From Alphaproteobacteria bacterium (GTDB lineage Bacteria > Pseudomonadota > Alphaproteobacteria > UBA6615): a DNA stretch of 64,000 nucleotides. The number at the start of each line of letters is the position of its first letter. Positions within the stretch are counted from its first letter, which is position 1. Below, in pieces: positions 61,784 through 64,000 of the stretch. Made by a program: the position numbers and the translations under genes. The notes beneath the pieces were generated by a model that was given only the letters and a program-made list of their open reading frames with translations, was not told the origin of the DNA and did not search any database. The stretch spans positions 20,221-84,220 of the forward strand of contig JAYPPL010000009.1 in the NCBI GenBank assembly GCA_038131445.1, given 5' to 3'.

Positions 61784-63133
61784 TCATTGGGATGGGAACA
61801 AACCGATCCTATGGAATGTTGTATTTCCGATGCTCCAGTCAATTGGGATCGTCGCTAACTGCGGAACGACCCAAACCAGTGCCATGACCAGAAGGATCAA
61901 TATCCAATAAGGCACCGAACCGGCAAAAATCTCACCGAGCTGGACCGAACGGTCTGGCACAGAGCCTTTCACCGCATAAACGAGCAAACCAACCGGCGGC
62001 GTCAATAACCCTGCCTCGATTGCCAAGATACCCATGATCGCAAATGCATAGGGGTTGTACCCAAAGCCTTCCGCAATTGGCCAGAAGATCGGAACGGTCA
62101 GCAGGATGATCGAGCCCGAGTCCAACAACGTGCCAAGTACCAACCAAATTACGATCATGATTAGGATGGCAATATTGGGGTCAATACCCGCACCGCCAAC
62201 GGTGTTGGTAATTAGGTTAACAACACCACCCGTGGTCAACAGCCGCGAGTACATCTGCGCTGTTAGAAGTAGGAACAGGATAGGTGCGATAACTTTACCT
62301 GAATCTACGATCGCGTCGCGGATACCCTCCCATCGGACCCCCTTAATCAAAGCGAGAACAAGGCCGAACAACGCACCGAGTGCCGCCGCTTCCGATGGCG
62401 TCGCAAGTCCAAGCCAAATACTCCCCAGGACGGCAAAGATAAGGAAGATCACGCCACCGCCGCTGATGAGTTCCTGACTTGTCAATTTTTCGTTGCTCAG
62501 GTCCACTGCAGGCGCGGTTTTCGGATTAAAAATGGCTACACCGGAGCAATAGAGGGCCATAATAAGTGCAAGCAATATTCCGGGGAAAATACCCGCAAGG
62601 AACAAAAACCCGATCGAGATTTCTGTCACGATGCCCCAGATGATGAGCAATACACTCGGCGGGATCAGCATGCCGAGGCAAGCGCTGCCGGCAACGGAGC
62701 CAAGTGCATATTTCCGGTTGTAACCAGCCGCAATCATTTCAGGATAGGCAAGACGCGAGAACGCTGCCGCCGAGGCCAGACTAGTTCCTGTTACGGCCGC
62801 AAAAACCGCGTTGCCCGCGACAGTTGCGACGGCTAGGCGCCCCGGAATGCGTTTCAAGCCAAAATTCATAACTCTGTAGAGGTCGCCCGCTGAACCAGAT
62901 CGGCTAACGAATTCTCCCATCAGGACAAACAGCGGAATAACCGCGAACACAAAGTCACGCAGCGCGAAAAACGATGTGGAGCCCACCTGCCCAGCCGCCA
63001 GCTCGTAGGAGCCGAACATCAACCAAGTTCCAACGAGAGCCGTAACACCCAGCGAAAGTCCGATATGGATGCCGCCGATCACGCCGATAATTAGCGCGAC
63101 CAGCATCAGCAATACTGCTGTAGTTGGATCCAT
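61784..63133 (-). CDS. dctM: TRAP transporter large permease (second system)
   Basis: 449 aa, 12+ TM, DctM-like. Confidence 0.8.
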   Translation of the reverse strand: MDPTTAVLLMLVALIIGVIGGIHIGLSLGVTALVGTWLMFGSYELAAGQVGSTSFFALRDFVFAVIPLFVLMGEFVSRSGSAGDLYRVMNFGLKRIPGRLAVATVAGNAVFAAVTGTSLASAAAFSRLAYPEMIAAGYNRKYALGSVAGSACLGMLIPPSVLLIIWGIVTEISIGFLFLAGIFPGILLALIMALYCSGVAIFNPKTAPAVDLSNEKLTSQELISGGGVIFLIFAVLGSIWLGLATPSEAAALGALFGLVLALIKGVRWEGIRDAIVDSGKVIAPILFLLLTAQMYSRLLTTGGVVNLITNTVGGAGIDPNIAILIMIVIWLVLGTLLDSGSIILLTVPIFWPIAEGFGYNPYAFAIMGILAIEAGLLTPPVGLLVYAVKGSVPDRSVQLGEIFAGSVPYWILILLVMALVWVVPQLATIPIDWSIGNTTFHRIGLFPSQ

Positions 63134-63206
63134 TATTTACGCCCCCTCAGTTTCCCTGTTTTCCCGATCGCCCAATCGGGCGCTCTAGTCGGGTGATGTC
63201 TTTTAT

Positions 63207-63743
63207 TTAAATTTGTGAGCCTTCGACAGTCTCATGCCGTCCCTCTTCCTCTTCGGTGATGGCCTGGCCGCCGAACAGGAAGTGAATCAACAACACGGCG
63301 TAGGTCGCTGCCGACACAATGGCGAACGCAAAGATTACCGTCCTGACCGGATACACCGGCACGCGGATCGAACCCTCGCCTTCACGTTCATCGACATCCC
63401 AGCCAATGAGCATGTCCTCGAAACCGCCCATCGCAATCGAAACAAAAAACCAGACGCCTAGTCCCGCCGCGAAAATGTCGATCAGGCGCCGGAAAATAGG
63501 CGCCACGTTCTGATAAATCACGGTCGTACGAAGATGAGCGCCACGGTAGATCGTGTACGGCATCTGCAGGAACAGGATCGACACCATCGAATTGGCAACG
63601 ATTTCTATGGTCCCGTCGAACGGCGCGTTGAAGAAGGTTCGCCCCGTGATGTCGTAGAGGATCAAAAAGGCAAGAGCCATTGCCCAAAATGCGGCAATGG
63701 TGCTGCACACACGCGTCACCGAATACACAACGCGGTCGATCAT
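63207..63743 (-). CDS. dctQ: TRAP transporter small permease (second system)
   Basis: Start MIDRVVYSVTRV...; 4 TM; the cognate dctP is presumably beyond the window end. Confidence 0.65.
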   Translation of the reverse strand: MIDRVVYSVTRVCSTIAAFWAMALAFLILYDITGRTFFNAPFDGTIEIVANSMVSILFLQMPYTIYRGAHLRTTVIYQNVAPIFRRLIDIFAAGLGVWFFVSIAMGGFEDMLIGWDVDEREGEGSIRVPVYPVRTVIFAFAIVSAATYAVLLIHFLFGGQAITEEEEGRHETVEGSQI

Positions 63744-64000
63744 TGAACTCCTCCCGAAAAAACTGCGATACCCAAAAAACCCGGCACCAATCCGCACCAC
63801 CGACGCAGTATGTCGAAGTTAGCAGACTACACGCTGCAGTAAAATGCACGATTCTAGAAAGTTGAGCGTTTTGGGCGTTTTAGATTTCAGAGCCGATCAT
63901 TCGACCTCAATTATCGCGCGATAATCGCGTTCGATCCTCCCAACTGCCGAACTCGAGCCTTCGAACCACAGGGGCCAACTCCAAGAACAATGCGCAGTTA

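Overview
High-GC (about 64%) alphaproteobacterial-type chromosomal segment, mostly metabolic and transport genes. I found no clear mobile element, CRISPR array or defence-like system. The segments are listed below in coordinate order.

- **1-7140:** a partial metC-like gene, then a run of five pseudogenes in different frames: MFS transporter, CPA2 antiporter, SCP2-thiolase-like, CoA-transferase B and SDR. The DUF35 partner and CoA-transferase A between them are intact.
- **7150-7729:** two minus-strand tRNAs (Arg-TCT, Pro-TGG) flanking an NDUFS4-like small protein.
- **7913-11227:** a TAXI-type TRAP transporter (binding protein plus fused permease) with a perfect 14-bp inverted repeat between its two genes.
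- **11702-16051:** a DUF192/HDAC(AcuC-like) gene pair, divergent from a TPP riboswitch that fronts a ThiZXY-like (NitT/TauT family) ABC importer (ATPase, permease, NMT1/THI5-like binding protein).
- **16061-23986:** an Atm1-type ABC exporter, then a 7-subunit Mnh/Pha monovalent cation/H+ antiporter operon (phaAB-C-D-E-F-G) whose D subunit carries an apparent frameshift.
- **24328-33900:** a complete form-II CO-dehydrogenase-like cluster (coxG-S-L-M-D-E, split xdhC/coxF, molybdopterin-binding/MocA fusion). The AYRGAGR motif is present in CoxL.
- **34444-36844:** a secreted TPR protein and a membrane-anchored class III adenylate cyclase carrying an internal 2Fe-2S ferredoxin domain.
- **37130-44645:** an SDR, then a GldA/F/G-type ABC-2 system plus DUF4340, an unknown coiled-coil membrane protein and a TauE/SafE exporter.
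- **44858-63743:** a catabolic-looking cluster (SDR, esterase, acyl-CoA synthetase, GSTs, MBL hydrolase, FAH, BKACE, SMP-30, nitroreductase, 2-hydroxyacid DH, deacetylase) with two DctPQM-type TRAP transporters and an orphan coxM-coxS-like pair lacking a large subunit.

The findings are mostly unannotated regulatory RNA and structure, gene decay and atypical domain architectures. All calls rest on reading the translations and sequence by eye; no searches were run.
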